Under the pieces are notes generated by a model. The model was not told the origin of the DNA, ran no database searches, and saw nothing but the letters and a program-made list of their open reading frames with translations. Both the position numbers and the translations under genes were made by a program. DNA of 64,000 nt from an uncultured Verrucomicrobiae bacterium (GTDB lineage: Bacteria; Verrucomicrobiota; Verrucomicrobiia; Limisphaerales; JAFGQR01). Below, in pieces: positions 9,597-21,780 of the stretch. The first letter of the stretch is position 1; the number at the start of each line of letters is the position of its first letter. The DNA lies in assembly GCA_963788655.1 (NCBI GenBank), contig CAWBHS010000057.1, forward strand, positions 296,469 to 360,468. Direction: 5' to 3'.

Positions 9597-10589
9597 TCAC
9601 CGGCGGCCGACGGCATCGATGACTCCTTTGCATTTGATGCAGGCGTCGTAGGGATCGGGGACTTCCCATTCGTCCACCATGATCCAGCCGCGGAAGCCGC
9701 CGTCGCGCAGCAACCGCAACGCTTTCGTGCAATCCGTGTGTCCGGCCCCGCATGGCAAATGCGTGGAAGTGCCGCCGTCGCGGAGCGTGCCGTCAGTGTC
9801 GCAAAACTGCACGTAACCGATGTTCTTCACGCCGACCCGTTGCAGCATTTCTTCGGGTCGGCCCGTCGAACCGGTCATCAGGTCAAAATGGCTGGGATCG
9901 TAAATGCCTTTCAACGCCGGGTGATTCGCCCCGTGCAGAATGCGCAGGTAATGATCCTCGGTGTTGAACACAAACACGGGCTCGAGTTCGAAGCACGCCA
10001 ACAGTCCCTGGTCCGCGGCCATCTTGCCGGCCTCGTGAAACGTGTGCGCCAAGCGCTCGATGGCCTGGTCAAGCGTCTGGCTGCGCAAGCCACCACCCGG
10101 CCACATCCCGACGCACGCGCAGCCCAATTGCTTGGCCAGTCGCAGGCGATCGCCCAAATCGTTCAGCCAGTTCTGTCGCACCGTGCGATCGGGATCGAAG
10201 GCGCCGCCCGCGCCCAATTGAATCGAGAAGATGGTCAAACCGTAGAGATCGTAGAGCCGGCGCAACGCGCGAACGCGTTCCGTTTCACCGGCGGCGGGAT
10301 AGCCGCCCGAGGGCCAGTCTGACACCAGTTCCACGCCGTTGAAACCGTGGCGGGAAGCAAAGTCCAGGAGCTCCCAGATCGGATAGTTTTTCCTGTATTT
10401 GTGCGAACCCGACTGGAAGCCATTCAGCCCGACGGCGGTTTTCCAGACGGAAGCCGGCTCGGCGGCGGAACTATGAGCGGTAAAGGCCGGCAGTGCGAGG
10501 GCGCCGCCCAGCAGTTGGAGAGCGGTTCGTCGCGGCATGCCCGGGCGGATTTCCGTCGTAGCTTGGTGGATAGGATGTTCTGGCGTCAT
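9597..10589 (-). CDS. Sugar phosphate isomerase/epimerase (xylose isomerase-like TIM barrel), probable Tat substrate
   Basis: RRTALQLLG signal; GFNGVEL, FELEP, YDPSHF, QFCDTDG, GWIMVDEW metal motifs. Confidence 0.85.
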   Translation of the reverse strand: MTPEHPIHQATTEIRPGMPRRTALQLLGGALALPAFTAHSSAAEPASVWKTAVGLNGFQSGSHKYRKNYPIWELLDFASRHGFNGVELVSDWPSGGYPAAGETERVRALRRLYDLYGLTIFSIQLGAGGAFDPDRTVRQNWLNDLGDRLRLAKQLGCACVGMWPGGGLRSQTLDQAIERLAHTFHEAGKMAADQGLLACFELEPVFVFNTEDHYLRILHGANHPALKGIYDPSHFDLMTGSTGRPEEMLQRVGVKNIGYVQFCDTDGTLRDGGTSTHLPCGAGHTDCTKALRLLRDGGFRGWIMVDEWEVPDPYDACIKCKGVIDAVGRR

Positions 10590-10788
10590 ATCCAAAGCTT
10601 TGCAAACCACGCGTGCGGCTGTCAAAAGCTTAAATTCGCCAACCAATGGGCATTTGCCCACGAGTCCTTAACCAAATATTTCACACACGTCGTCGGCTAT
10701 AGGTTGTTCGTGTTTTAAGTTCAGTGGGAAACATCCGGGTTAAGGAGTAAGCTTGCCTACCACACCCCCGACTGATAAACCCTGGCCC

Positions 10789-11422
10789 ATGAAACGCATT
10801 TCTTTATTCGCATTGGCCCTGGTGACCGCGTGCAGTTTTCAACTGGCGGCCGCCGAGTCGGAAGCAGGCTTTGTCAGCTTGTTTGACGGGAAGACCTTCA
10901 ATGGTTGGAAGAAGGCCGTGGAACATCCGGACACGTGGAAAATCGAGGATGGCGCACTCGTCGCCCACGGTGATCGCAATCATCTTTTCTACGTGGGCGA
11001 TCTTGCGCCGTTCAAAAACTTTGAACTGCGCGTGGAGGTGATGACCAAGCCAGGCTCCAATGGCGGCATCTATTTCCACACCAAATACCAACCGGACGGC
11101 TGGCCGAAATACGGTTTTGAAACGCAGGTCAACAACACCCACGGCGATTGGAAAAAGACCGGCAGCATTTACGACGTGGTCAACGTCCGCGAATCCGCCG
11201 CCAAGGACAACCAATGGTGGACCCAGGACATCATCGTGAATGGCAACCGGGTGCATCGTGAAGATCGACGGCAAGACGGTTGTGGACTACACCGAGCCAC
11301 CGGGAACCAAGCCGGGCAAAGATTTTACCCACAAATTGGACGAAGGCACTTTCGCTCTGCAGGGCCACGATCCGAACAGCACAATTTATTACAAAAACAT
11401 TCGGGTGAAGCGGCTGCCGTAG
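10789..11422 (+). CDS. DUF1080 / 3-keto-disaccharide hydrolase family protein (frameshift ~11258)
   Basis: [27 protein letters not shown], then GTFALQGHD...YKNIRVK in the next frame. Confidence 0.88.
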
Positions 11423-11469
11423 TGCAAAGTCCAGATTGGATTTTTTTATTTGAACGATCACCGCTTGCT

Positions 11470-13386
11470 TCACAGCAAGCGGTGTTTCTTTGCCCGATCG
11501 CAGGCCCGAGGGATATTCCACTTTTCCTTTTCCAAGAGTAATTGAGCTTGCTCGTAATCCAATCCCGTCAGGTCTCGCAGGATGCGCGTGGCGCGGTCGC
11601 GTAGCTTGATGTTGGAGGCTTTGACATCGACCATCAAGTTGCTGCGCACTTTGCCCAATTGGACCATGGCCAGGGTGGTGAAGAGATTTAACACCAGCTT
11701 GGTGGCGGTGCCAGCCTTCAAACGCGTCGAGCCGGTCAGCACTTCGGGACCAACCTTGGGTGCAATCACAAGGTTCGGCCGGTCGGCGTGCGGGATCGTT
11801 CAGACTGGGATTGAAACAGAGCAACACGGTGCCCGCGCCACGCCGCTTGGCCTGCCGCAACGCGCCCCAAACAAACGGGGTGCGTCCGCTGGCCGCAATG
11901 CCGACCACCACGTCCCGGCGGTTTACGCCGCGAAACTCGACCGCGTGCGCGCCGGCCACCGGATCATCCTCGGCCCCTTCGAGGGATTGCCAAAGCGCCG
12001 GCGCCCCGCCGGCCAAGATGCCCTGAACCATGTCTGGAGGCACGCTGAACGTGGGCGGACACTCGCTGGCATCCAACACCCCGAGGCGGCCGCTGGTGCC
12101 GGCGCCGACGTAAAACAAGCGTCCGCCACTCCGGAAAGCGCGGACAATGAGCTTGACGGCGCGTTCAATGGCATGGCCTTCCGCCAGCAGAGCCGCGGGG
12201 ATTTTGGCGTCTTCACTCAACATCAACGCAATGGCCTCGCGCAACGGCGAGCTGGTCGAGATTCAGCGAACGCGGATTCCGTTGCTCGGTGGGCGACTGG
12301 AGCAGCACTTGGGTAAGCTCGGTCGGTTCACGTTCGCTGCCGGCTGCTTTCGGGACCGGGAGTATTGCGGGTGGGGCATTGAGTTCCGGGCCTTGATTGC
12401 CAAGGCTTGCACACAACTGTTTCGCCAGCTCAACGGCGCCCCAGGCACCCTCGCGGTTCAACGGAGTGATAGGGGCCTGCGGCCAGTGCATGCGCAGTTC
12501 GCGCCGGACGCGCGCAACGAACTTTGGCTGTTTGAGCAGAACGCTGCCGGCAAATACGAACTGCACCGGGTCGCCTTTGCCGGCCAATCGGCGGGCACAA
12601 GCCACCGCGGCTTGCGACAATTGGGAAGCGGCCATTGCGAGAATGGCGGAAGCCAGCCGGTCGCGCTGAGCCCAAGCCGCAAACACTTCCACCGCCAGGG
12701 ACGCGACGTCCGGCTTGGCCGCGTTCTGTGCCCAGCCCACGAGTTCTTCCGGTTCGTTGAGTTGCAGTCCGCGCAGCAGGCGCTGTCCCAGCGCGGGCCA
12801 GGCACCCGTAATGTCGAATTCGTTCACCACCGCCTTCAGCGCGTGCAGGCCAATCTCATAACCACTGCCCTGGTCCCCGAGGATGTGCCCCCAGCCGCCA
12901 ACTTTTATCGTTCGCCCGTCGGTCGCACGGCCAAAACAGCAGGAGCCCGTACCGCTGATCACCAAGACGCGACAAGGAGTCCTTGGGCGCCTTGGAGATT
13001 TGATGCTTGTTTTTCGCCTTCCGACTGCCGCCCGCCGTTCGCTGGCCAGTCGCAGCCATCAAGCCGGTCTCCAAATCATTGGTGGCGTAGCACGGCACTC
13101 CCGGCCAGACTTTCGCCGCCGCCCGGCGAATGCGTTGGCGATCGGACTCCGTCCGCGCGCCGGCCATGCCGATGGCGATGACGGATGGGATGGGCATCTG
13201 CGAATGGATAAGCCGAAAATGTCCGGCAAGCTGCGCGTCGGTCAGCAGCCATAGATTCGCCGGGCCGGCTTCGATCCGCTGAAGCAGCTCGCCGGTCAAC
13301 TTCGTCGTCAGGGCGACGGTGTGCGTGGCGCCGCACTCGATTCCGAGCAACGCCGGTGGGCCTGATGCTTGGGTTTTGGTTCGCAT
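11470..13386 (-). CDS. murQ: BadF/BcrA-type sugar kinase fused to N-acetylmuramic acid 6-phosphate etherase (frameshifted)
   Basis: [10 protein letters not shown] and ISGTGS...[14 protein letters not shown] (kinase); [47 protein letters not shown] (MurQ). Confidence 0.85.
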
Positions 13387-13491
13387 TGCCGCGTATCTTT
13401 TGGCAGGCGCAAAGTTTTGCCAAGGCAAAGTGCAAGGCCGTCACGGAAACCTTCTTTCTAAACCGGCCCATTTGGGTTATTGATTTTGAAC

Positions 13492-13746
13492 ATGACCGAT
13501 TGGCAACCAGAGATTTTGCAGGCCCTCGTGGAATTGGAGAAGGCGGTGAAGGCGACGCCGGGGGCCGGTGCCCGCCCTGATCTGCCGGCGTTGTTCACCC
13601 GGATCGATGAATTGACCCGCCAATTGCCGGCCAATACGGATCCGACGCTGCTCCACTACCTGCACAAGAAGAGCTATGAGAAAGCCCGCTTATTTCTGCA
13701 AGGCCGGGACGCGGAAAACCAAGTCGGCAATTGCCGGCATGTTTAG
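13492..13746 (+). CDS. Small hypothetical protein
   Basis: Compact helical 84-aa ORF (LLHYLHKKSYEKARLFL) directly upstream of mnmE. Confidence 0.65.
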   Translation: MTDWQPEILQALVELEKAVKATPGAGARPDLPALFTRIDELTRQLPANTDPTLLHYLHKKSYEKARLFLQGRDAENQVGNCRHV

Positions 13747-13771
13747 GGCGGCCAGTTTTTGAAGATTCACT

Positions 13772-15149
13772 GTGATTGATGACACCATCGCCGCGATTGC
13801 GACCCCCCTGGGAGAGGGCGGTTTGGCGGTTGTGCGCCTGTCCGGACCGCAGGCATTGACGGTAGCCGAGCAGTGTTTTCAGCCGGTGGGCAAATCATCC
13901 CAGATGCCCGCCGCGGCACCGTCGCACACCATTCATTACGGACGAATCGTCCGGGCGGGACGAACGGTGGATGAAGTGCTGCTGTCGATCATGCGCGCGC
14001 CACGCACGTTCACGCGGGAAGATGTTGTGGAAATCTCGTGTCACGGCGGCCTGTTGCCCGCGAAGCTGTTACTCGACACCTTGCTGGAGAACGGCGCGCG
14101 GTCTGGCGGAACCTGGCGAATTCACCAAACGGGCGTTTCTCAATGGCCGGATTGACCTGGCGCAAGCGGAAGCGGTGGCGGATTTGATTCATTCGCGCAC
14201 GGAACTGGCTCTGACCGCTGCCAACGAGCAATTGGCCGGCAAGCTCTCCCGGCGCATCAATCAATTGCGCGATGATTTAATGCGCGTGTTGGCGCACGTC
14301 GAGGCGCACATTGATTTCCCGGACGAAGATATTGCGCCGGACACGCGGGACCAATTGCTGGGACGGTTGGAGCGCGGGATTGGCTTCATGGACGAACTGC
14401 TCCGCACGGCGGATGAAGGCCAATTGTTGCGGCGCGGCATTCGCGCCGCGATTGTGGGCCGGCCGAACGTGGGCAAGTCCAGTCTGCTCAACCAGTTGCT
14501 GGGGCATGATCGCGCGATTGTGTCGGCCATTCCCGGCACCACGCGCGACACGATTGAGGAAACGGCAAACATTCGGGGCGTGCCGGTGGTGTTCGTCGAT
14601 ACCGCGGGCTTGCGTGAGTCCGGCGACGAGATTGAAGCCGAAGGCATCCGCCGCAGCCAGCAGGCGCTGACGACCGCGGAATTGATTTTGCACGTGCTCG
14701 ATGCCGCCGAAGCCCTCACGCCCGCCGATGAAAGATACCTGACTGAGTTCGCGGCCAAGAAACGTATCCTCGTGGGCAACAAAATCGACCTGGGCCGCAA
14801 ACTACGCTTGCCGGTCGGGGCTGGAGAGCAGGCGGCGGTCGTCGAAGTGAGTTGCTTGACCGGCAAAGGACTGGAGGAGTTGAAACAGGCCATTAAGCAG
14901 ATGGTCTGGTCCGGTGAAATCCAGGCGGACATGCTGCAAGTGATGATCAACTCCCGGCACCAGGAAGCATTGAAACGGGCGCGCCAAGCCACCGTGCAAA
15001 CCGTCGAGGCCTTGCAGGCCGATCATTCGCTGGAACTGGTGGCCCTGGACTTGCGGATCGCGGTCAATGCCGTCGGCGAAATCGTGGGCCAAACCACCAC
15101 CGAGGATTTGCTCGACTCGATTTTTAGCCAATTCTGCATTGGTAAGTAG
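13772..15149 (+). CDS. mnmE: tRNA uridine-5-carboxymethylaminomethyl(34) synthesis GTPase MnmE (frameshift ~14100)
   Basis: DTIAAIATP, GEFTKRAFLNGRIDL, GRPNVGKSS, GTTRD, DTAG, NKID, C-terminal FCIGK. Confidence 0.95.
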
Positions 15150-15294
15150 CACTACAGCGACAGTTCGGTGAATCGCGGCAGGAGCGCGGCGTTTACGCCG
15201 CTTCACCGTCCTATCCCGCAAGCCGCTGGTTGGCCTTTGGTGCTTGAAGCGCCCTAAAGGCCGCGCGCCTATCGGTGAAAGTGTCGCTGTAGTG
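15150..15294. mobile_element. MITE copy 2 (145 bp; GTAG/GCAG flanks), opposite orientation to copy 1
   Basis: Near-identical to the reverse complement of 5795-5940; the left flank contains the mnmE TAG stop. Confidence 0.85.
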
Positions 15295-15413
15295 GCAGTT
15301 CTGCGGCAGTGCAATTCCTTGTGCTTCATTGCCGGTACCCCACAAAGCTGGGGAGGCGCAATTCGTGGGAATCTTCGCCCGTGATTATCGATTGGTGTCC
15401 TCGTGGCGGAGGC

Positions 15414-18400
15414 TCACGGTTGGCGCGGTGTCACTACCCGATAGAAACGGCTGGACAGACCCGTGGGATCCGTGACGGTTTCAACGTGGTTGGTACTTCG
15501 TGCCGCTACATCCGCAAGACGGGTCCAGGCACCGCTGCCCAGCATGCTTTGGTACTGCATGGAGTAAGTGAGGTTCGCGGTGGCTTCGAATTGCAGGGTC
15601 GTCAAGCCCAGGATCGTGCTGATCTCCATCTGCAGCAAACTCAGCGCGTTGGTCGGATTGGTGCCAGCTTGATATTCCTGCCCGTCCCTCATCCCATCAC
15701 CGTCGCTGTCGGCATTCGGGTCATCGACTCCGTAGGCCGACTCCCACTCGTCGGGCAGGCCGTCGGCATCGGTGTCGGCCAACACGGTAATAGTGGCGAC
15801 CGCGCTCAGAGTGCCTCCGCTGGGCGTGGCGAGATTTCGAATCCAGGAACGGTATTGCAGGGTCGTGGCCTGGGTCGGTGCGGTGAAGGTGTAGAAATCC
15901 TCCGAGCCATCGAGAAAATGCGTAGCCATCAGCGTGGAGCCCCGCCGCCACTCGTTCGAGAAGAGCGGAGGACTGGCGGTAAACTCCACGCTCAATGTCA
16001 CGGTGCCGCCGGCAACCACTGTTTGACTGAGCGGTTGCTGGAGAATGATCGGCGTGATGAGCGGGTAAAGATGGGCGGTGGCGCTCATAACGGTTCCCTC
16101 CGCGCCGGAAACGGCCACATCATAGGCGCCGCCATCCGCGGCCTGCACATCGGCGATCGTGAAGCTGGTATTGGTGGCATCCGGCAGATCGAGCCCGTTG
16201 AAGCGCCACTGGTAGCGGAGTGGGCTCGTGCTGCTTGCCAGGACGGTGAACGTGACGTTCGTGGTGGGGGCGGCCAAGGGATCTGGACGGACGCGCACGA
16301 AAACATCTCCAGGCTGAGTTAGGATATGGGCCGGCACGAATACGCGCAGCACCGCAGACTGGCTTTGGGCTGATCCCGCTTCGTTAAACACGATTACCGA
16401 GTAATCGCCGGCGTGGGCCGGCTGAAGCCCGGTCAAGGTGAGCGTGGCCCCGTTTGCCCCGGCAAGGGGAGCGCCGTGGAAAAGCCATTGGTAAAAGAGC
16501 GGAGCGGCTCCGGCAGCCACAACCTGAAAGGTTGCCTCCCCGGCCTGCGGGACCGTCACATTGCTCGGCTGCCCGGTGATCAGTGGCGCCGAGCCTCCAG
16601 AAAACGGATGGCCCGGCGTGGCGACAGCGGCCGTCCAACTCGCCGGATCATTGCCGTAAGCATCGCCGGCCAGGCGCTGCAAAGACGGCCCACTACCGTC
16701 CGCGGCCGTGGGCCAGGGCGTTTTGTCATTGTAGCGCACCACGTCCACGGCGATGTAAGGAACGAGGCCATTCGTGTGGGGTAGGCCGGGCCGCTGCAAC
16801 TCCAGGTGTTCCCCACTGTCCTGGAGAACGCCCGTCCAGGGGCCCAGGATGGGAACTTCGTTTGGCACGGAATACCTGGTGCGGAAGTCTTCTGGATTCG
16901 TGGCCACGACCAAGAGCAATTGATCGGGCACGAGCAGGAGGTTTGTCGGGAACGCAAATCCCAGCCCGTCCAATCTCCAGGTGTTCGTCCAACGCTCCGG
17001 ATCGAACAGCGCCACGTTCGTGATGGCGACGTTCTTTAGTTCGACAAACTCATCATCACCGGCAGCCGGGTGGTAATGGATTTCGTTGATCACCACCGGC
17101 CCGGTCCGGGGGCCTAGATTGGCCGCTCGCAAACTCGGGGCACCCTGCGCGGGAAAGTCCTCTTCACCGGTACTCAGCACGTAACGGCCAAACGTCTCGC
17201 CCGGCGGCGCCGCCCCAAAGCTGAAGCCGTGGCTGTAACCCGTCAGGTTCGTCGTCGCGTCGCCCGAGAACAGGTACACCGCCTCGCCCGTCGAACTGAA
17301 CGCGAAGCTGTTATTCGTACCAGGCGTCGGATTGAAATCGCTTTCTTCGAGAACGAGATAATCACTCGCGGCAATGATCGAGCCGGTTGGCAGTCGATAC
17401 TTCATCGGCTGGCCAGGATCGTCCGTGAGGAACCAGCCGCCGAGATCGACGGCGCCGGCAGTTGGATTGAACAGTTCCACCGCGTCGGTCTCTGGTGGCA
17501 CGCTGGCGGAGAGAACTTCGTTGACGAGGACCGGGGCGATACCCGGTTCCGGATCGTCGGCGCCCGGCGATCCGCCGACCACCGCGCTGGAACGCCAGTT
17601 GGCCGGATTGTCCGGATCGGCGTTCCCGTCCGAGCTTCGCGGCACCAGCGAGAAGCCATAGCCGTCCGGAGGCACCGGCCACGGCGCCTGATCGTCGTAG
17701 GCCACGGACACCGCCGGCGTGCCCAGCACGTGCGCAATCCGGAGCGTTTCGCCGCCGTTGGCAAGCTTGCTCGTATAGCCGCCGTTCACGGCGACCCCCG
17801 GATAGCGAGTGGCGAACCGGGCGGGATTGCGGGCCAGCACGAAAAACTGCCCCGGTGGCAACCGCGTGCCGTTGGGAAACGTAAACGTGATGCCGGACGT
17901 GAACGTCATTCCCCCGAGGTTCAAGGTGTTGGTGCCCGTATTCTTCAGTTCGAGGAATTCATACTCATCGCCATCCACCGCGGTTCCATTCGGGTCCAAG
18001 CCCGGGAGCGGGTGATACATAATTTCCGTGATGCGTAGCGCGTCAAAGGCCTGCGCCACCTCGAACGTGGCTTCCATGAGCGCGCTCCACGTCGCACCAT
18101 CGAATGAGCGTGCGCGGACCACGGTGCTCTCTTCGAGCGTGACCGGCCCAGCGTAAAGGTTGGCCGCCGATGACACCGTTCCGGCCCACGTCCGGGGATC
18201 GCTCCCGTCGAGCGTGTAGTAAATCGAGCCGGCAGGTGCGCTGAGAGTCACCACGGTTCCGGTCACCACCGTGCCGCCGAACTGGCTAAGCAATGGCGCG
18301 GCAAGCGTCGGATAAATTCCCGCGGACGTCAGTTGCCCCAGCACGATGGACGAGCGCAGGTCGAGGTAGCAATTAGGATTCACCGCAAGTTGGTTGACGA

Positions 18401-21400
18401 GGTTGAGCCAGTCCCCGTCCCGGGTGTAGGGCGTGGTCCGTCGCGCGTCCCCCCAGCGCGCGGACTCGGCAATGATGGCGAGATCGATTTCCGCCTTGCG
18501 CGCCAGAAAGCGGGCTTTGGCCGACGAGGGTGTGAAGACGCCGTCGTTGAAGAAATGCTTGTGAATGCGGTCGGCCGCCCGCAGGCGGAAGGTCGGATTG
18601 GCCAGCAACCGGTGCCACATCCATTCGGGGCTGCTGTCGAGCACCGAGGCGTCACCGGCACTGGAGGGCGCCGCCGTGCGATCCGCGTTCACGTTCAACA
18701 TCGCGATCTCCGCATCGTGGACGAAGAACCGGAACCCGGCGCGCCCATCGCGAGGTCGGATGGCATACCAGTTGTTGGGCCGGCCGGAGAAGGTGGAAAT
18801 CGCCGAATCCAGGTTGGCCGTGTAAAGGGTGATCAGCATGAAATCAATCAGGTTGTCGGCGTCGAGATAGATGGGGAAAGCGGAATTGCGCGTGCCATCG
18901 GGATTGTTGCCAAGCAGCCGTTGGTAAGCCGCCTCGGTGCTGACGCCGGCCCGGATGAGATTGTAGAGTTCCGTCCAGCCCGTCATGTCGCCGTCAGTCG
19001 CGTAAAGCGTGAACGTTCCCCAGTTCACTTTGACCACGTCATAGTCTGCCGGCGCGCCGCCAAAGTAGGCGGCGGCGAAGCTCGCTTCGGGGCGTTCTTG
19101 CGTATTGGCGAGCCCCCAATACTGGCCGTTGAGATAGAGGTGATAGTAGTCGCTGCGCGTGGAGGGTTCGCCCATGGCCCGTTGGGTGTCCCGGGAAAAA
19201 ACATCGCGGAGATAGACCGCGTTGTTGGGATTGCCACAGCAGTCACCAATGAAACTCCAGGAATCATTCTGGTCCATCCGCAAGTCGAATAATTGGAAAG
19301 TGTCCAGCGGCGAACTGGGGAACATCCGGTAATTGAGCGCGCTGGCGCCGTACTCGCCCCGGAAAAAGAGGCGAAACGCATGCTTGGGGTTGATGACCAT
19401 TCGGCTCTGGCCACCGCGGATGCGAACCCCGGCATCGATCTGAAAACCAGCCTTACCATCGGGACGGAGAAGTTCGACGGAGCCGGGCCGTTCCCAATTC
19501 CGTCCGTCACCGCTCGGATTGGCGTAAATTCCCTGCGCACCGAACAGGTCGTCCTGATCCATCACAATCGAGAATGAAGGAATTGACTTCAGCGCGTCGC
19601 GAATCTGACCGCTGTAGGCCGCGTTGGTCACCACTCGCGGGTCCATGCCGTAATCCAACACCTGGCCGGTAGGCAAGGGCGACGCCGGCCAACCCGGTGG
19701 TGACTGGCCATCGGGCGACTGGCCGACCACGTCGTTTACAAAAACGTACGTGTGCGTGTCCACGTCGGTCGGAAGCCAGCCGGGCTTGAACGCCGCGGCG
19801 CGCAGCGTTGTGGTATCGCTGATCGTCAGCGTGTTGGTGTAGATCGTTCCGTGGCTTGCCGTCGGCGGGCTGCCGTCGAGCGTGTAACGGATCTCCACCT
19901 CGGGCGTCGCCGAGGTGATCGCCAGGGAAATCGGCACGTCGTAGAACCCGCGGTCCACACTGAATTTAGTGTCCGCCACCTTGCCGAGATAGGCGTCAGT
20001 GTTGTTGCGCGCACCGGGTGTGGGCGTTTGGAGATAGCCCGTGGTGAGTGCCGGCGCCAATTCCGATTCGCCAATCAGCTCCGCCCGGATCAGGAAGTCC
20101 GGGCTGCTCGCGGCATCGTTCAATCCTTGAAGGGCCAGGAGGTGAGCTCGCGCAGCCAGGGAGGCGGCCTCGGGTGTCACATCGATGGACTCCGCCACGC
20201 GCGCCGCGGCCAAGGGGCGGTCCGTGAGCGCAGTCGCGTCGAACGGCAGCGGAACGCCGGCCGTGCCCGGCGCATTACGGCGCGCGATTTCCTGGCCGTC
20301 AAGATACGCCACGAAACCATCGTCGTATTGGAGGCCCAAGGTGACCTTGTCGAACACGGTGGCGTTGTCCAGCGTGAACGGCATTCGCAAAAAGGCCGAA
20401 GCGTTGACGCCCGCCATCACCGCACCGACGTCGGTGCTCACCAGCGAACTCGACACCGCCGATTGCGGGGCGAAGTCACTTGTTCATGAGATAGGCCTCC
20501 ACCGCCTCACGCTGCGCAGTCGAGACGGAATCATAGACGAGGATTTCGGCGATGTCGCCGTCGAGGAACTGGCGGCCAAAGTCAAGGTTGCCCACGGTCA
20601 GTTGCGTATCGGCAGCGTAGCTGGCCTGCGCATGGAAGGTGCCGCCCGCGCGGTAATCGTTGGTGCCACTCTCATTAAGAATGCGCAGGATCTTCGTGCT
20701 GGAAGCCGCGTCGAAGGTAGCAGTGAGGAGGTAATTTTTTTCCGCCGTCAGATTCGCGGCCGGAAACGCCGCCAGACCGTCGTCGAATGCATCACCCGGC
20801 GGCGCAGTGAACCATTTCACCCGCTGGCTCGTGGAGTCGCTGATGCCCAGCGCATAGCCGCTGATATCGCGGTAATTCCCGATGAAGATGGCGCCGCGTT
20901 CTCCGCTGTCAATGCTGGCGACGACATAGACGCTGAGGGGATTGAGGCGCAGGTCGGCATCATCGACCAGTGTCAGTCCGTCGATATTCCCGTTGAAACG
21001 GATCACCGTCCGTTCCCCCTGGGGGAAGGTCGCCGTTGTGCGCCGAGGGGTTCCACGAACGCTATCAACCCAGTTGCCGTGCAGGCCGCCCGCATCGTCC
21101 CACGCGGTCAGGTTGCCGCTGGCATCGGTGGTGACGCCCGCGTCGGCGGCGAGCCACAGTCGGCGTCCGGTGGCAGGAGGCTGTGGCGGGTCGCTGAGGC
21201 CGTAACCAACGCCATTCGTGCCGTCCAACCAATCGGTGGGGATAAAATCGGGCAGGGTCCAGTTCGTGCCCAACGTAGCATTGGTGGGAATCCACACGCG
21301 GGTGGCCGCATCCGCCGCCACGAGTTTCGTGACGGCAAACGGAGCCGCCTCGCCGTAAGATATATCCACCCGCTGGGCCGGATAATGGAACTGGCTGGCG

Positions 21401-21780
21401 AGGGTCACGCCATCCGGCTGGACCAATCCCAGGTACCCTCCGCCGGCGTTCAGACGAAAGTTGGTGTGCAATTCCTCGCCCGCGACTGCGCGATCCTTGC
21501 CGGAAGCGAAAATGATGAGGAATTCGTCCGGCAGCAGTGTGACCTGGGGAAGCCGCCATTTCCGCAGTAGCCCGGAATCATCCGTCAAGAACCATCCGTC
21601 CAGGCTCACCGTCGCGGTGCCGGGATTGTGCAGCTCAATCCAATCGGAATGGTCGCCATCGGTGTCCGTGAGCGTCCGGGCATTGGACGCCATGAACTCA
21701 CTGATGACCGCCTGACCGGGCGCATTGCTCGCGCCCAGACCGAGCGCGAGCATCCACACGCTGGTCCATCGCCATCTCAT
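15414..21780 (-). CDS. Large secreted protein: lamin-tail (LTD) domains, LamG-like domain, FN3-associated/chitobiase-type domains, CotH kinase, Ig domains (frameshift ~20478)
   Basis: Signal peptide; ISEFMASN/DWIELHN, ITEIMYHP, INEIHYHP (LTD); YLNGQYWGL...ERP and NNWY (CotH); ITGQP Ig repeats. AAG TGA CTT restores to KYF with one base removed, as in the sibling repeats. Confidence 0.85.
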
